Origin: an uncultured Candidatus Rokubacteria bacterium
GTDB lineage: Bacteria > Methylomirabilota > Methylomirabilia > Rokubacteriales > DASRDR01
Length of the DNA: 64,000 nt
NCBI GenBank assembly: GCA_963826115.1
Contig: CAWGVS010000005.1
Span: 2,016,001-2,080,000 of the forward strand
Direction: 5' to 3'
Positions 28,517 to 37,799 of the stretch are shown here, piece by piece. The stretch's first letter is position 1; each line of letters starts with the position of its first letter. The position numbers were made by a program, and so were the translations under genes. The notes beneath the pieces were generated by a model. It had not been told where the DNA came from. It saw only the letters and a program-made list of their open reading frames with translations, and did no database searches.

Positions 28517-30271
28517 CTACGGACCGAAGGCATCCATCACCCCGGCCGCCTCCTCGAGGGCGTGCACTACCCGGTTGCGCTCCCGGACGAGCGCGGCCGC
28601 TGCGAAGCGGAACCCGTCGGACGACCGATCGAGGTCGGACAGCTCGCGGGCCCGCTGGAGTCCCGCGAGCGGCGGCACCGGTATCGCGAGATCGTGGTGG
28701 AATCGGTCGCCGGTCGTGTAGAAGAGCGGGATCAGGACCCTCGACAAGGCGCCCATGGCGCGGTTCGCGGCCTCCGTTCGGGCCGGATCGGCTCGCCCTC
28801 CGGCGGCGATGGCGTCCACCGCCCCCGCGAACGCCTCGGCCCGCTCGGCGAGGTGCCGGGCCGCCGCGACGGCCGGCCCGGCGTCCCACCGCCCGCCTCC
28901 CGCGGAGCCGAGCTCTTCCACGGTCGCCAGGATCGCGCGCGCGAACCGCGTGTAGTCCAGCGGGAGCACCGGCCCGCCGACGAGTCGAAGCGCCGCCGCC
29001 ACGTACACGCGGGTGTCGAGCGCGAGGACGTCGGCGTCGATCTTGTCGATCGTGTCCTCGCGCGTGTGCCACCACCAGGGAAAGCCCGCCGTGCCGAAGA
29101 GGCGCTCCATCCACCGCGAGAGGTCGGTGTCCTGCCGAGGGATCCCGGACAGCGACATCAGAGCCGACGGGATCCCGATCCCCCAGAACGACTGGTCGCC
29201 CGCGCGAGGAAAGCGCCGGGCCCGCGGGGTCTGGCCCGTCACGTCGCCCACCACTCCCTCCACGAAGCTCTGCGCGTCCTCGGTCGCGTGAACGACCGAG
29301 TAGTCAGTGGCGCCGCGGGCGCCCGTCGAGTCGATGTTCAGGTGCACCGCGCATCGCCGCTCGAGCTCCAGCCACGCGTGATCCGCGTACCACGTGGAGC
29401 CCGCGTAGCGCCCGTGGGAGTGCCCCGACCAGAAGGCCAGGCGCAGCCCTCGCCGGAGCGCGCTCCGCCGCGTCGCCAGGAGTCGCGCGACCTCGAGCAT
29501 CGTCGCGTTCGCCGTCCCGTTGTCCATCGCGCCGTAGTGCCAGCCGTCCACGTGCCCGGAAAAGAGCACGAAGCGGTCCTCGGTCGTCCCGTCGAGGTGT
29601 GCCGTCAGGTGCGGGATCGGCGACCAGCCCGTGCGCACCCGGGTCACGAGACGCACGCGGCCGCGGCCCTCCTGGATCAGCTTCCGGATGCGCTCCCCAT
29701 CGGTCCGACGGACCGACAGACACGGGGTGCGCGGGATCCTCCAGGCGGTGTCCGGCTCGGGCGTCCCCCAGATCGTGGTCACGATCATGTTGTGGAGGTG
29801 GTCGCGGTTGACGAAGATCTGCCCGACCGTCCCCGCCTCCTGAGCGGCCCACGCCTTGCCCGGCGTGGCCAGGCTGTCCAGGAGGGCGATCTTGCCTGCC
29901 GCGCGCGCGAGATCCGCCGGGTTTCCGTCTCCGACGTCGACCACCTCGGCGTCGAGGCCGTCGGTCGAGGGCGAGAACGCGTGAGTGAGCCCCTCGATCA
30001 CCGCGCCGTCCGGAAGGGCGACGCGGCCCTCCAGCGGCAGGCTGATGAAGGCCTCGATCTCCCGGCGCTCGACGGCGTAGCCGTAGCTCTTGAGCGCCCG
30101 CTCGATGTGGTCGTAGGACTGCGCCTCGCCCGGCGTCCCGGACTCCCGCTCCCACGCGGCGATCGCGCGGGTGTGCGCCATCAAGGTCTCCGACGATACG
30201 GCCGCCAGCAGATCCGGCTCGTGGGGGTCCCGGTAGTGCCAGTACGGGGTCAGGCTTCGATCGCTAGACAC
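28517..30271 (-). CDS. M28 family metallopeptidase
   Basis: FSGHVDGW..GAMDNGT, FWSGHSHGRYAGS, HLNIDS, WWWHT..D; GTG start with GGAGG. Confidence 0.85.
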   Translation of the reverse strand: MSSDRSLTPYWHYRDPHEPDLLAAVSSETLMAHTRAIAAWERESGTPGEAQSYDHIERALKSYGYAVERREIEAFISLPLEGRVALPDGAVIEGLTHAFSPSTDGLDAEVVDVGDGNPADLARAAGKIALLDSLATPGKAWAAQEAGTVGQIFVNRDHLHNMIVTTIWGTPEPDTAWRIPRTPCLSVRRTDGERIRKLIQEGRGRVRLVTRVRTGWSPIPHLTAHLDGTTEDRFVLFSGHVDGWHYGAMDNGTANATMLEVARLLATRRSALRRGLRLAFWSGHSHGRYAGSTWYADHAWLELERRCAVHLNIDSTGARGATDYSVVHATEDAQSFVEGVVGDVTGQTPRARRFPRAGDQSFWGIGIPSALMSLSGIPRQDTDLSRWMERLFGTAGFPWWWHTREDTIDKIDADVLALDTRVYVAAALRLVGGPVLPLDYTRFARAILATVEELGSAGGGRWDAGPAVAAARHLAERAEAFAGAVDAIAAGGRADPARTEAANRAMGALSRVLIPLFYTTGDRFHHDLAIPVPPLAGLQRARELSDLDRSSDGFRFAAAALVRERNRVVHALEEAAGVMDAFGP

Positions 30272-30366
30272 GCAGCTCACCTCCAGGCGCCGGGGGTCAG
30301 ACCTTGGTTTCCAGACCACTCACCGGCGGCCGCCAGGAACATGTTTGGAAGTCAAAGCCTGACCCC
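30246..30366. repeat. Three GGGGTCAG-family REP-like repeats overlapping gene ends
   Basis: GGGGTCAGGCTTCGATCGCTAGACAC (+30246), GGGGTCAGACCTTGGTTTCCAGAC (+30293), GGGGTCAGGCTTTGACTTCCAAACAT (-30366). Confidence 0.72.
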
Positions 30367-31371
30367 GACCATCTCGTCGAGATTCTCCCACCCCATCGCC
30401 CGGCGGCCGGCCTCGATCTCACCGATGAGGGCCAGCAGCCGGCGGGTCAGCGGGAGCCGGAGACCGTGGCGTTCGGCTCGCTCGAGCGTCGCACCCAGGT
30501 GCGCCTCGACCTCCGTCTTCCGCTTCCGGACGACGAGGTCTCGCCAGATGCCCGTCTTCGTCTTGGTGTGCCCTCGGTAGAACTTGGAGATGGCGGCCAT
30601 CGCCCGCGCGACGGCTCCCGCATCTCCTGCACGGCCCGCGCGGTACCACGCGGGGTCGAACTCGTCGAAGGCCTCGACGTGAACGCCTTCGGCCTCGGCG
30701 ACCGACATGCCCTCGGCCACCAGCGCGACCAGCATCCGCTGGATCTCGGGAGAGCGCTCGACGACCTCGTAGACGTGCGCGTCGACGAGCGCGGTGGCCA
30801 CCAGGAGCGCGCTGTAGACGTGCTTCGCCCACTTCAGGCCCCCGATGTTCGAGGAGACCTGCGTCGGCGTGACCGCGCTCAGCATGTCCGCCAGCTCCTT
30901 GACACGCGCCGAGAGCTCCCCGTCGAGCTCGCCCACCGCGAACGTCCCCGTGCCGCCGTGCTGGATCCGCCCCGGCGCGATCCAGTCGGCCGCCCAGTTG
31001 ACGAGGCAGCCCACGGTCCTCGCCTGCCCCACCCGCGCCGCGATGACGGACTCGTTCAGCCCGTTCTGGAGCGACACGACCGTGCCGCGCGGGTGGAGCC
31101 GGGGCACGACGCGGTCGAGGGCAATGCCGGTGTGCTGCGCCTTGACGGCGAGCAGCACGAGGTCGAGGGTCCCCGGCAAATGGTCGGGGGTGACCGCCCG
31201 CACCGACGCGGTCCAGACCCCGCCCGGGGTCACGATCGCGAGGCCGCCCTCGTTCATGGCCGCGACGTGGTCGGCCGCCTGGTCGACCAGCAGCACGTCG
31301 TGCCCGGCACGCGTCAGCGACGCTCCCGTGACTCCGCCGATCGCGCCGGCCCCGACGATCGTGACAGCCAT
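30352..31371 (-). CDS. Ketopantoate reductase (PanE/ApbA) family protein
   Basis: IVGAGAIGG, LAVKAQH, SLQNG, KWAK, RKTEVE. Confidence 0.85.
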   Translation of the reverse strand: MAVTIVGAGAIGGVTGASLTRAGHDVLLVDQAADHVAAMNEGGLAIVTPGGVWTASVRAVTPDHLPGTLDLVLLAVKAQHTGIALDRVVPRLHPRGTVVSLQNGLNESVIAARVGQARTVGCLVNWAADWIAPGRIQHGGTGTFAVGELDGELSARVKELADMLSAVTPTQVSSNIGGLKWAKHVYSALLVATALVDAHVYEVVERSPEIQRMLVALVAEGMSVAEAEGVHVEAFDEFDPAWYRAGRAGDAGAVARAMAAISKFYRGHTKTKTGIWRDLVVRKRKTEVEAHLGATLERAERHGLRLPLTRRLLALIGEIEAGRRAMGWENLDEMVGVRL

Positions 31372-31506
31372 TCGCCCCTCTCTATCACAGGGCCCAGGGA
31401 GCGTCAACGCGACGGGCCTGCCGGCATATAATCGGGGCGTCCGTCGAGCGTTGGGGGTCGTTCGGAGCGATCGGCCCGATCCGTCACTCGAGACCAGGAG
31501 AGTTCG

Positions 31507-32433
31507 ATGAAGCTCGTTCGCTACTCCGTGCGCGGCTCGTCCCCTCGCCTCGGCGCCCTCGTCGGCGACCGCATCCGCTGCCTGGGTGAGACCTACCACC
31601 GCTACCTCGCCGGCCGGGGGGTCGTGCGCGCGGGCGAGCTGGCCCACGCGCTGTTTCCGCCGAGCGCGCGCGAGTTCCTCCGGGCCGGGGCGGCCGCCGA
31701 GGACGCCCTCCACACCATGGAGGAGGAGATTCGGGCCGGGCGGCTCGAGTGGCACACGCATCCCGCCGCCGAGGCGCACCTCCACGCGCCGATCCACGAC
31801 CCCGAGAAGTTCCTCTGCATCGGGCTCAACTACATCGACCACGCCGAGGAGACCAAGAGCCCCATCCCGAAGGAGCCGCCGCTCTTCGCCAAGTTCCCGA
31901 ACGCGATCGTGGATGCGGCGGCGCCGATCGTGCGCCCGAAGGGATGCGAGAAGCTCGACTACGAGGTCGAGCTCGGCTTCGTGATGGGGCGCGAGGCGAA
32001 AGACGTCCCCGCCGAGCGGGCGCTCGACTACATCTGGGGCTACGTGGTCGTCAACGACGTGAGCGCGCGGGACTTCCAGATGGCGACCTCCCAGTGGATG
32101 GCCGGCAAGGCCTGCGACACCTTCGCCCCGATGGGCCCGTGGATCGCGGATCGGGCCGAGGTTCCCGACCCGCACACCCTCGAGCTCCGCACCTGGGTGA
32201 ACGGGACCAAGCTCCAGGACGGAAACTCGAAGAACCTCATCTACAACATCAACTATCTCGTCGCGTTCCTGTCCGCGAAGATGACCCTCTTGCCCGGCGA
32301 CCTCGTCATCACCGGAACCCCCGCCGGCGTGGGCTTCACGCGAAAGCCGCCGGTCCTCCTCAAGGGCGGGGACCGCGTGCGGATGGAGATCACCGGGCTC
32401 GGGACCCTGGACAACCCCGTCGTGGAGGCCTGA
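31507..32433 (+). CDS. Fumarylacetoacetate hydrolase family protein
   Basis: CIGLNYIDH, DYEVEL, NDVSARD, GK..DTF.P.GP, TGTPAGVG. Confidence 0.93.
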   Translation: MKLVRYSVRGSSPRLGALVGDRIRCLGETYHRYLAGRGVVRAGELAHALFPPSAREFLRAGAAAEDALHTMEEEIRAGRLEWHTHPAAEAHLHAPIHDPEKFLCIGLNYIDHAEETKSPIPKEPPLFAKFPNAIVDAAAPIVRPKGCEKLDYEVELGFVMGREAKDVPAERALDYIWGYVVVNDVSARDFQMATSQWMAGKACDTFAPMGPWIADRAEVPDPHTLELRTWVNGTKLQDGNSKNLIYNINYLVAFLSAKMTLLPGDLVITGTPAGVGFTRKPPVLLKGGDRVRMEITGLGTLDNPVVEA

Positions 32434-32772
32434 CCTTCGCGCGGTTCCCCGGGTGCAGAGCGCGGACGCCGGGACGCTTCTGGCTGGCCGACGCGCTCCC
32501 CGGTCTTGCGGGTCCGACGGACCTCCGGGTCCGTACCGGGCTCGCTTCCACAACCCCGTGGGGCTGACCGTTCGGTCACCTCGTCCGTCTGGCACGTCGC
32601 CTGCAGTCCTTCTCCGGGGAGCCGCGCGGCGACGACGACGGTCGTTGTCTCGGGAGGCCCCGTCACCGGGCGCCGGACTTCCGCCAAGTGAGCATCGCGG
32701 CTGGTGATTCAGCGGACAATCGAGGCCTACACGGAGCGCGCCGGGGACTGATGGCGGCGGCTCCATTGTGGC

Positions 32773-35643
32773 GTGGGGCACCCGAGAAGGAGACGCACCT
32801 TGTCAGTCGGTCACCGGCTGAGTTGGCTCGGGCTGAGTCTCTGGGGCCTCTGTCACCTCGCCTCTCCAGTCGACGCCGCCACCCTTGGAATCGGCCTCGA
32901 GCCCGTGGCCGGCCTGACGAACATCCCCAGTCCAGTGGCTCTTGCGCACGCCGGCGACTCGCGGCTGTTCATCGTCCTGAAGGGCGGCAAGATCCGCGTC
33001 TTCGATGGCACCGACACCACGACGTTTCTCGACATCTCCGGGCTCGTCAGCACTGACGGCGAGCGGGGGCTGCTGGGTCTTGCCTTCCACCCCAACTACG
33101 CGAGCAACGGCTTCTTCTTCGTCTACTACTCCAACTCGGGCGGGAACGAGGTCATCGCACGCTACAGCGTCTCCCCCGATCCGGACCTTGCCGATGCCGA
33201 CTCGGCACGGATTCTCTTGACCATCCCTCACCCGGGCCAGTCGAACCACAACGGCGGGGGTCTCGCATTCGGACCTGATGGTTACTTGTACGCCGCGGTC
33301 GGGGACGGTGGCAGCGCGGGCGATCCGCCGAACAACGCTCAGAACCTCGGAAAGTTCCTGGGCAAGATCCTTCGCCTCGACGTGGACGTGGCCGCCGGCT
33401 GCCCGCCAACATGCTATGAGATCCCGGCCACCAATCCCTTCCTCGAGTCCCCTGTCGACAACCCGGCGACGCTCCCGGAGATCTGGGCGTACGGTCTGCG
33501 CAATCCGTGGCGCATCACCTTCGACCGCTTGACCGGAGACCTCTTCATCGGCGATGTCGGTCAGGGCGCTCGGGAGGAGATCGACTTCCAGCCCGCCACG
33601 GGCTCAACGGGCGGGAGAAACTACGAATGGCGGTGCAAGGAGGGATTCGCGGACTTCAGCCCCTCGACGACCTGCTCTGGAACCCTGGTCCCACCGATTC
33701 TCGACTACGATCACGGCGAGGGCTGTGCCGTCACCGGCGGGTATCGCTACCGCGGGGCCCAGCTCCCCTCACTTCAGAAGGTGTACGTGTTCGGCGATTT
33801 CTGCAGCGGCACGATCTGGGGCGGGATCGAGGGGACCCCGGGTAACTGGAGCAGGGTCGTCCTGGTCGCCTCGGGGCTCCACGTCAGTAGCTTCGGCGAG
33901 GACGTGGACGGCGAGCTGTACGTCCTGGATCTCGGCGGCGGCGTCTATCGGATCGTGCCTCCGCGAGTCATCGTGACCCTGGCGGGGCCAGGCACCGGCG
34001 GCGTGTCGGGGGCTGGTGGCCTGGACTGCCCGGACACCTGCGCGGCCGAATACGAACCAGGGAGCCTCGTGGACCTCACCGTGAACGCCGCCTCTGACTC
34101 CCTGTTCGCGCAGTGGAGCGGCTCCTGCGAAGGTTCGGGGGCCTGTCACCTGACGATGGATGGAGACAAGGCGGTCACCGCGACGTTCAGCCTGCGGCCA
34201 TTCCTCGAGTTCAGCGCGGCCGGCTACACTGTCGGGGAAGGCGGCAGCGCGACGATCATGGTCAAGCGCCTCATCTCGACCGTGGGGACGGTGATGGTCG
34301 ATTACGCAATCCTGCCGGGGAGCGCGACCGCTCCCGCCGGGCCGGATCCCGACTACGGCATCCCTCAGACCGGCCTGGCCGGGACGCTGACGTTCACCCC
34401 GGGCCAGTCGAGCCGGACATTCACCATTCCGACCGTCAACGACACGCGCGCGGAGGGTCCGGAGACGATCCTGCTCGCCCTGAGCGGTCCGACAGACGGG
34501 GCGATCCTCGGCGCCCAGCACACGGCCGTCCTCACGATTCAGGATAACGACAGCGCGGGGAGCCTCCAGTTCGAGAAGGGCACGTATACCGTCAATGAAG
34601 GCGCGGGCACACTGACGATCAAGGTCAAGCGTTCCGGCGGCAAGGCGAGCGACGTCTCGGTGGATGTCATGGTGACCGGTGGAACCGCGACGCCCGGAGC
34701 GGACTACGCGATTCCGGACGCCCTAATCCCCAACTCGCTGGTGCGCCTCACCTTCGGAGCGAAGCAGACGTCGGCCAGCTTCACGATCGTGCCGGTCAAC
34801 GACGGCGACGTCGAGCCCGACAAGACCATCGAGCTCGGTCTCCAGAACCAGACGGGCGGCGCGGCGCTCGGAAGCCAAAAGACGACGACCGGCACGATAG
34901 TGGACAACGACCGTGTCGGGACGTTCCAGCTGACCAAAGCCGCCTACACAGTCGTGGAATCGAACGGGACAGTGCCGCTGGTCGTGACTCGAACTGGACC
35001 GACCGGGACGCCCGCGTCGGTGAACCTCGTCTTCAGTCCCGTTGATGCCGCCGCGGGAGTCTGCGGCGGCGCTGCCGACTACACGCCGCCCTCGTCACCA
35101 ACGGTCAGCTTCAGCACGGGACAGTCGAGCCGGACGATCGATGTTCCGATCTGCGTCGACACGACCCTCGAGCCGACGCCCGAGACCTTCACCGCGGAGC
35201 TGCAAGACCCATCCAGCGGGTATGTCCTCGGCGCGGTGAAGCAAGCGGTGGTCACGATCGTCGATGACCGGGTCCGGTTGAGCGCCGACAGCTACACCGT
35301 GGGCGAGGGTTCCGGTAGTGTGAAGCTGACGCTCCTCCGGCCAGCCGGCACGAACCAGCCCCTCACCGTCAACTACGCCGCGACAGCCCTCGGGCCAGGG
35401 CCGGGACACGCCACCGCGGCGCCCACTCCATCGGCCTGCGCCCCGGGCGCGGACTTCCGGCCCGTGAACGGGGCCGTCACGTTCGGGTCCGGCCAGACCT
35501 CGATGACCGTGAGCATCCGCCTGTGCCCCGACAGCCTGGTGGAGGGGGACGAGACGTTCACGGCTGCCCTGACCGGCCCGTCGACCGCCGTAGGCGACCC
35601 CGGGAGCGCGTCCGTCAAGATCCTGGACAACGATGGCCCCTGA
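32773..35643 (+). CDS. Secreted PQQ-dependent sugar (glucose/sorbosone) dehydrogenase with InlB-B-like and Calx-beta repeats
   Basis: Signal peptide; ERGLLGLAFHP, NHNGG, GDGG, GKILR, YGLRNPWR; then four F...Y.V.E...TI.D(N)D Calx-beta-type repeats. Exact start uncertain. Confidence 0.85.
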   Translation: MGHPRRRRTLSVGHRLSWLGLSLWGLCHLASPVDAATLGIGLEPVAGLTNIPSPVALAHAGDSRLFIVLKGGKIRVFDGTDTTTFLDISGLVSTDGERGLLGLAFHPNYASNGFFFVYYSNSGGNEVIARYSVSPDPDLADADSARILLTIPHPGQSNHNGGGLAFGPDGYLYAAVGDGGSAGDPPNNAQNLGKFLGKILRLDVDVAAGCPPTCYEIPATNPFLESPVDNPATLPEIWAYGLRNPWRITFDRLTGDLFIGDVGQGAREEIDFQPATGSTGGRNYEWRCKEGFADFSPSTTCSGTLVPPILDYDHGEGCAVTGGYRYRGAQLPSLQKVYVFGDFCSGTIWGGIEGTPGNWSRVVLVASGLHVSSFGEDVDGELYVLDLGGGVYRIVPPRVIVTLAGPGTGGVSGAGGLDCPDTCAAEYEPGSLVDLTVNAASDSLFAQWSGSCEGSGACHLTMDGDKAVTATFSLRPFLEFSAAGYTVGEGGSATIMVKRLISTVGTVMVDYAILPGSATAPAGPDPDYGIPQTGLAGTLTFTPGQSSRTFTIPTVNDTRAEGPETILLALSGPTDGAILGAQHTAVLTIQDNDSAGSLQFEKGTYTVNEGAGTLTIKVKRSGGKASDVSVDVMVTGGTATPGADYAIPDALIPNSLVRLTFGAKQTSASFTIVPVNDGDVEPDKTIELGLQNQTGGAALGSQKTTTGTIVDNDRVGTFQLTKAAYTVVESNGTVPLVVTRTGPTGTPASVNLVFSPVDAAAGVCGGAADYTPPSSPTVSFSTGQSSRTIDVPICVDTTLEPTPETFTAELQDPSSGYVLGAVKQAVVTIVDDRVRLSADSYTVGEGSGSVKLTLLRPAGTNQPLTVNYAATALGPGPGHATAAPTPSACAPGADFRPVNGAVTFGSGQTSMTVSIRLCPDSLVEGDETFTAALTGPSTAVGDPGSASVKILDNDGP

Positions 35644-35790
35644 GGTAGAGCGCCATCAGCTACACGGTGCTCGGCCAGCCGGGGTAGTCGCGGGAAGCTG
35701 CGGAACCCACGCCAGTCGGCGGGAGTGAACGACGCGCGCAAGCGCCAGATACGCTGGAGAGGTCCACGGGAGTCGCGGACGGCGAAGCGG

Positions 35791-36705
35791 TTATCGCGAG
35801 CGGCTGCGAACGACCCGGGCGATGAGACGGATGTGCTCGGGCGTCGACCCGCAGCACCCGCCGACCACGGTGGCGCCCGCGTCGAGAAGCGCCGGGTACT
35901 CGCGAGCCATCGCCTCGGGGTCGAGCTCGTAGGTCACCTGGTCGCCGGTCGTGATCGGGAGGCCCGCGTTCGGATAGGCCACCAGCGGCGCGTCGGTCAC
36001 TGCGCGCATCTCGCGGATGATGGCAATGGCGCGGTCGGGTCCACGGCCGCAGTTCATTCCCACCACGTCGGCCCCGGTGGCGAGGAGGTTCTTCGCGACC
36101 TCGGCGGGGCTCTCGCCCCACATGGTCCGGTCGCGGTCGTGGAGCTCCTCGTACTGGAAGAACATCGTGGCCATGACGGGCAGCCCCGTCGTCCTGCAGG
36201 CGCGCACCGCGGCGACGGCCTCCTGCGGGAACATCATCGTCTCCACGGCGAAGAAATCGACGCCGCCCTCCGCCAGGGCCTCGGCCTGCTCGCGGAACGT
36301 GTCGAGGTACTCCTCGTCCGTCGTGTCACCCAGGGGCTCGTACTCGGCCGGGAGGCGGCTGGTCGGGCCGACCGACCCGGCCACGTAGCCGTGGGGGGGC
36401 GCCGCCGCGCGCACCAGCCGCGCGCCCCGCTCGTTGAGCTCGCGAGTTCGGTCGCCGAGCCCGTACTCGTTCAGCTTGAGGCGCGAGCCACCGAACGTGT
36501 TGGTCTCGACGAGGTCCGAGCCGGCATCGAAGTAGCCCTGGTGGATGCTCCGGACGACATCGGCATGCGTGTCGTTCCAGAGCTCGGGGCATGCGCCATT
36601 CGCGAGACCGGCCGCGAACAGCATCGTGCCGTAGCCCCCATCGAAAACGAGCAGCTCGCCGGCTCGGACGCGCGCGAGCCACTCCCGGCCCCGGCTCGCG
36701 CTCAT
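35791..36705 (-). CDS. Homocysteine S-methyltransferase domain protein (stand-alone MetH N-terminal module)
   Basis: DGGYGTML, ETNTFGG, GMNCG, PNAGLP, GGCCGSTPEHI. Confidence 0.9.
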   Translation of the reverse strand: MSASRGREWLARVRAGELLVFDGGYGTMLFAAGLANGACPELWNDTHADVVRSIHQGYFDAGSDLVETNTFGGSRLKLNEYGLGDRTRELNERGARLVRAAAPPHGYVAGSVGPTSRLPAEYEPLGDTTDEEYLDTFREQAEALAEGGVDFFAVETMMFPQEAVAAVRACRTTGLPVMATMFFQYEELHDRDRTMWGESPAEVAKNLLATGADVVGMNCGRGPDRAIAIIREMRAVTDAPLVAYPNAGLPITTGDQVTYELDPEAMAREYPALLDAGATVVGGCCGSTPEHIRLIARVVRSRSR

Positions 36706-36720
36706 CCCCGCGTCTCCACC

Positions 36721-37398
36721 CTACCCGGGCGCCGCCACCGGGGCGGTCGACAGCTCTTTGGCCCGCACCACGGCGAGCGTCGCGTCCCTGGCGTGGCCGT
36801 CGGCGCCGATCTCGTCGGCGAAGGCCGGGCTGACCGGCGCTCCGCCGACCATGACCTTCACGCGGTCCCTGAGCCCCGCGCGGGTGAGGGCGTCGAGCGT
36901 GCGCTTCATCCCGGGCATCGTGGTGGTCATGAGGGCCGAGATGCCGACGATGGTGGCGCCGTGCTCCTCGACGGCGGCGCAGAACTTCTCGGGAGAGACG
37001 TCGCGACCGAGATTCACGACCTTGAAGCCCGCGCCTTCCAGCATCATGGCGACCAGGTTCTTGCCGATGTCATGGAGGTCGCCCTGAGCCGTGCCGATCA
37101 CGACTGTGCCGAGATATTCAGTCGTCGAGCCCGCGGTCAGGAGCGGCTTGAGAAGGTCGAGGCCGGCGTACATCGCCCGTGCCGAGAGCAGCACCTGCGG
37201 CACGTAGTACTCGTTGCGGCGAAACTTCTCCCCGACCACGTCCATCCCCGGGATCAGCCCCTTGAAGATGATCTGCTTCGGATCGAGCCCGGCATCGAGC
37301 CCCTCGCGGGTCATCTGGCCGACGGTGTCGCGGTCGCCCAGGATGAGGGCGCGCGCGATCCTCGGGTAATCGTAGCGAGTGTCGTCGGGAGCCGTCAT
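36721..37398 (-). CDS. Cobalamin-binding corrinoid protein (cap + B12-binding domains)
   Basis: GMDVVGEKF..NEYYVP, GDLHDIGKN (DxHxxG), SALMTTT, VMVGGA. Confidence 0.92.
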   Translation of the reverse strand: MTAPDDTRYDYPRIARALILGDRDTVGQMTREGLDAGLDPKQIIFKGLIPGMDVVGEKFRRNEYYVPQVLLSARAMYAGLDLLKPLLTAGSTTEYLGTVVIGTAQGDLHDIGKNLVAMMLEGAGFKVVNLGRDVSPEKFCAAVEEHGATIVGISALMTTTMPGMKRTLDALTRAGLRDRVKVMVGGAPVSPAFADEIGADGHARDATLAVVRAKELSTAPVAAPG

Positions 37399-37553
37399 CG
37401 CTCCGGGTTGTATCACGGGGCATGGACCGACACAAGCTTCGCGGCCAAAACCTGGTCGGTCGGTGGCCTTCGTGGCCGGGAGGGGCGCGACGCGCGCCCG
37501 CATCGCCGCGCCGCTCTCCGGACGCCAGCGTCAGGACATCAGGCCGAGGTGCG

Positions 37554-37705
37554 TCAGGGCGCCACTATGACGAGGTTCCTGACCCGCTCGAAAACTGGCT
37601 CCGGCACGGCCTTCTTCAGGTCCTCGACCTGCTTGAATGGCCTCGTGGCCTTGATCTTCTTGACCATGTCGTCGCTCCCCACCCGGCAGCGCCGAGCACC
37701 CCGGA
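37554..37705 (-). pseudogene. C-terminal remnant of a helix-hairpin-helix (ComEA-like) protein
   Basis: SALPG / VGSDDMVKKIKATRPFKQVEDLKK...FERVRNLV, with a frameshift inside the LPGVG motif near 37685 and no credible start. Confidence 0.55.
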
Positions 37706-37799
37706 CATTCCCAGTGTGTCGCGCGGACCGCCCCGCGTTCATGGGACTTTGGTCCAACTCCGCCAACGTCAGCAGGGAATGGGAACATCCGCCCGCTGG

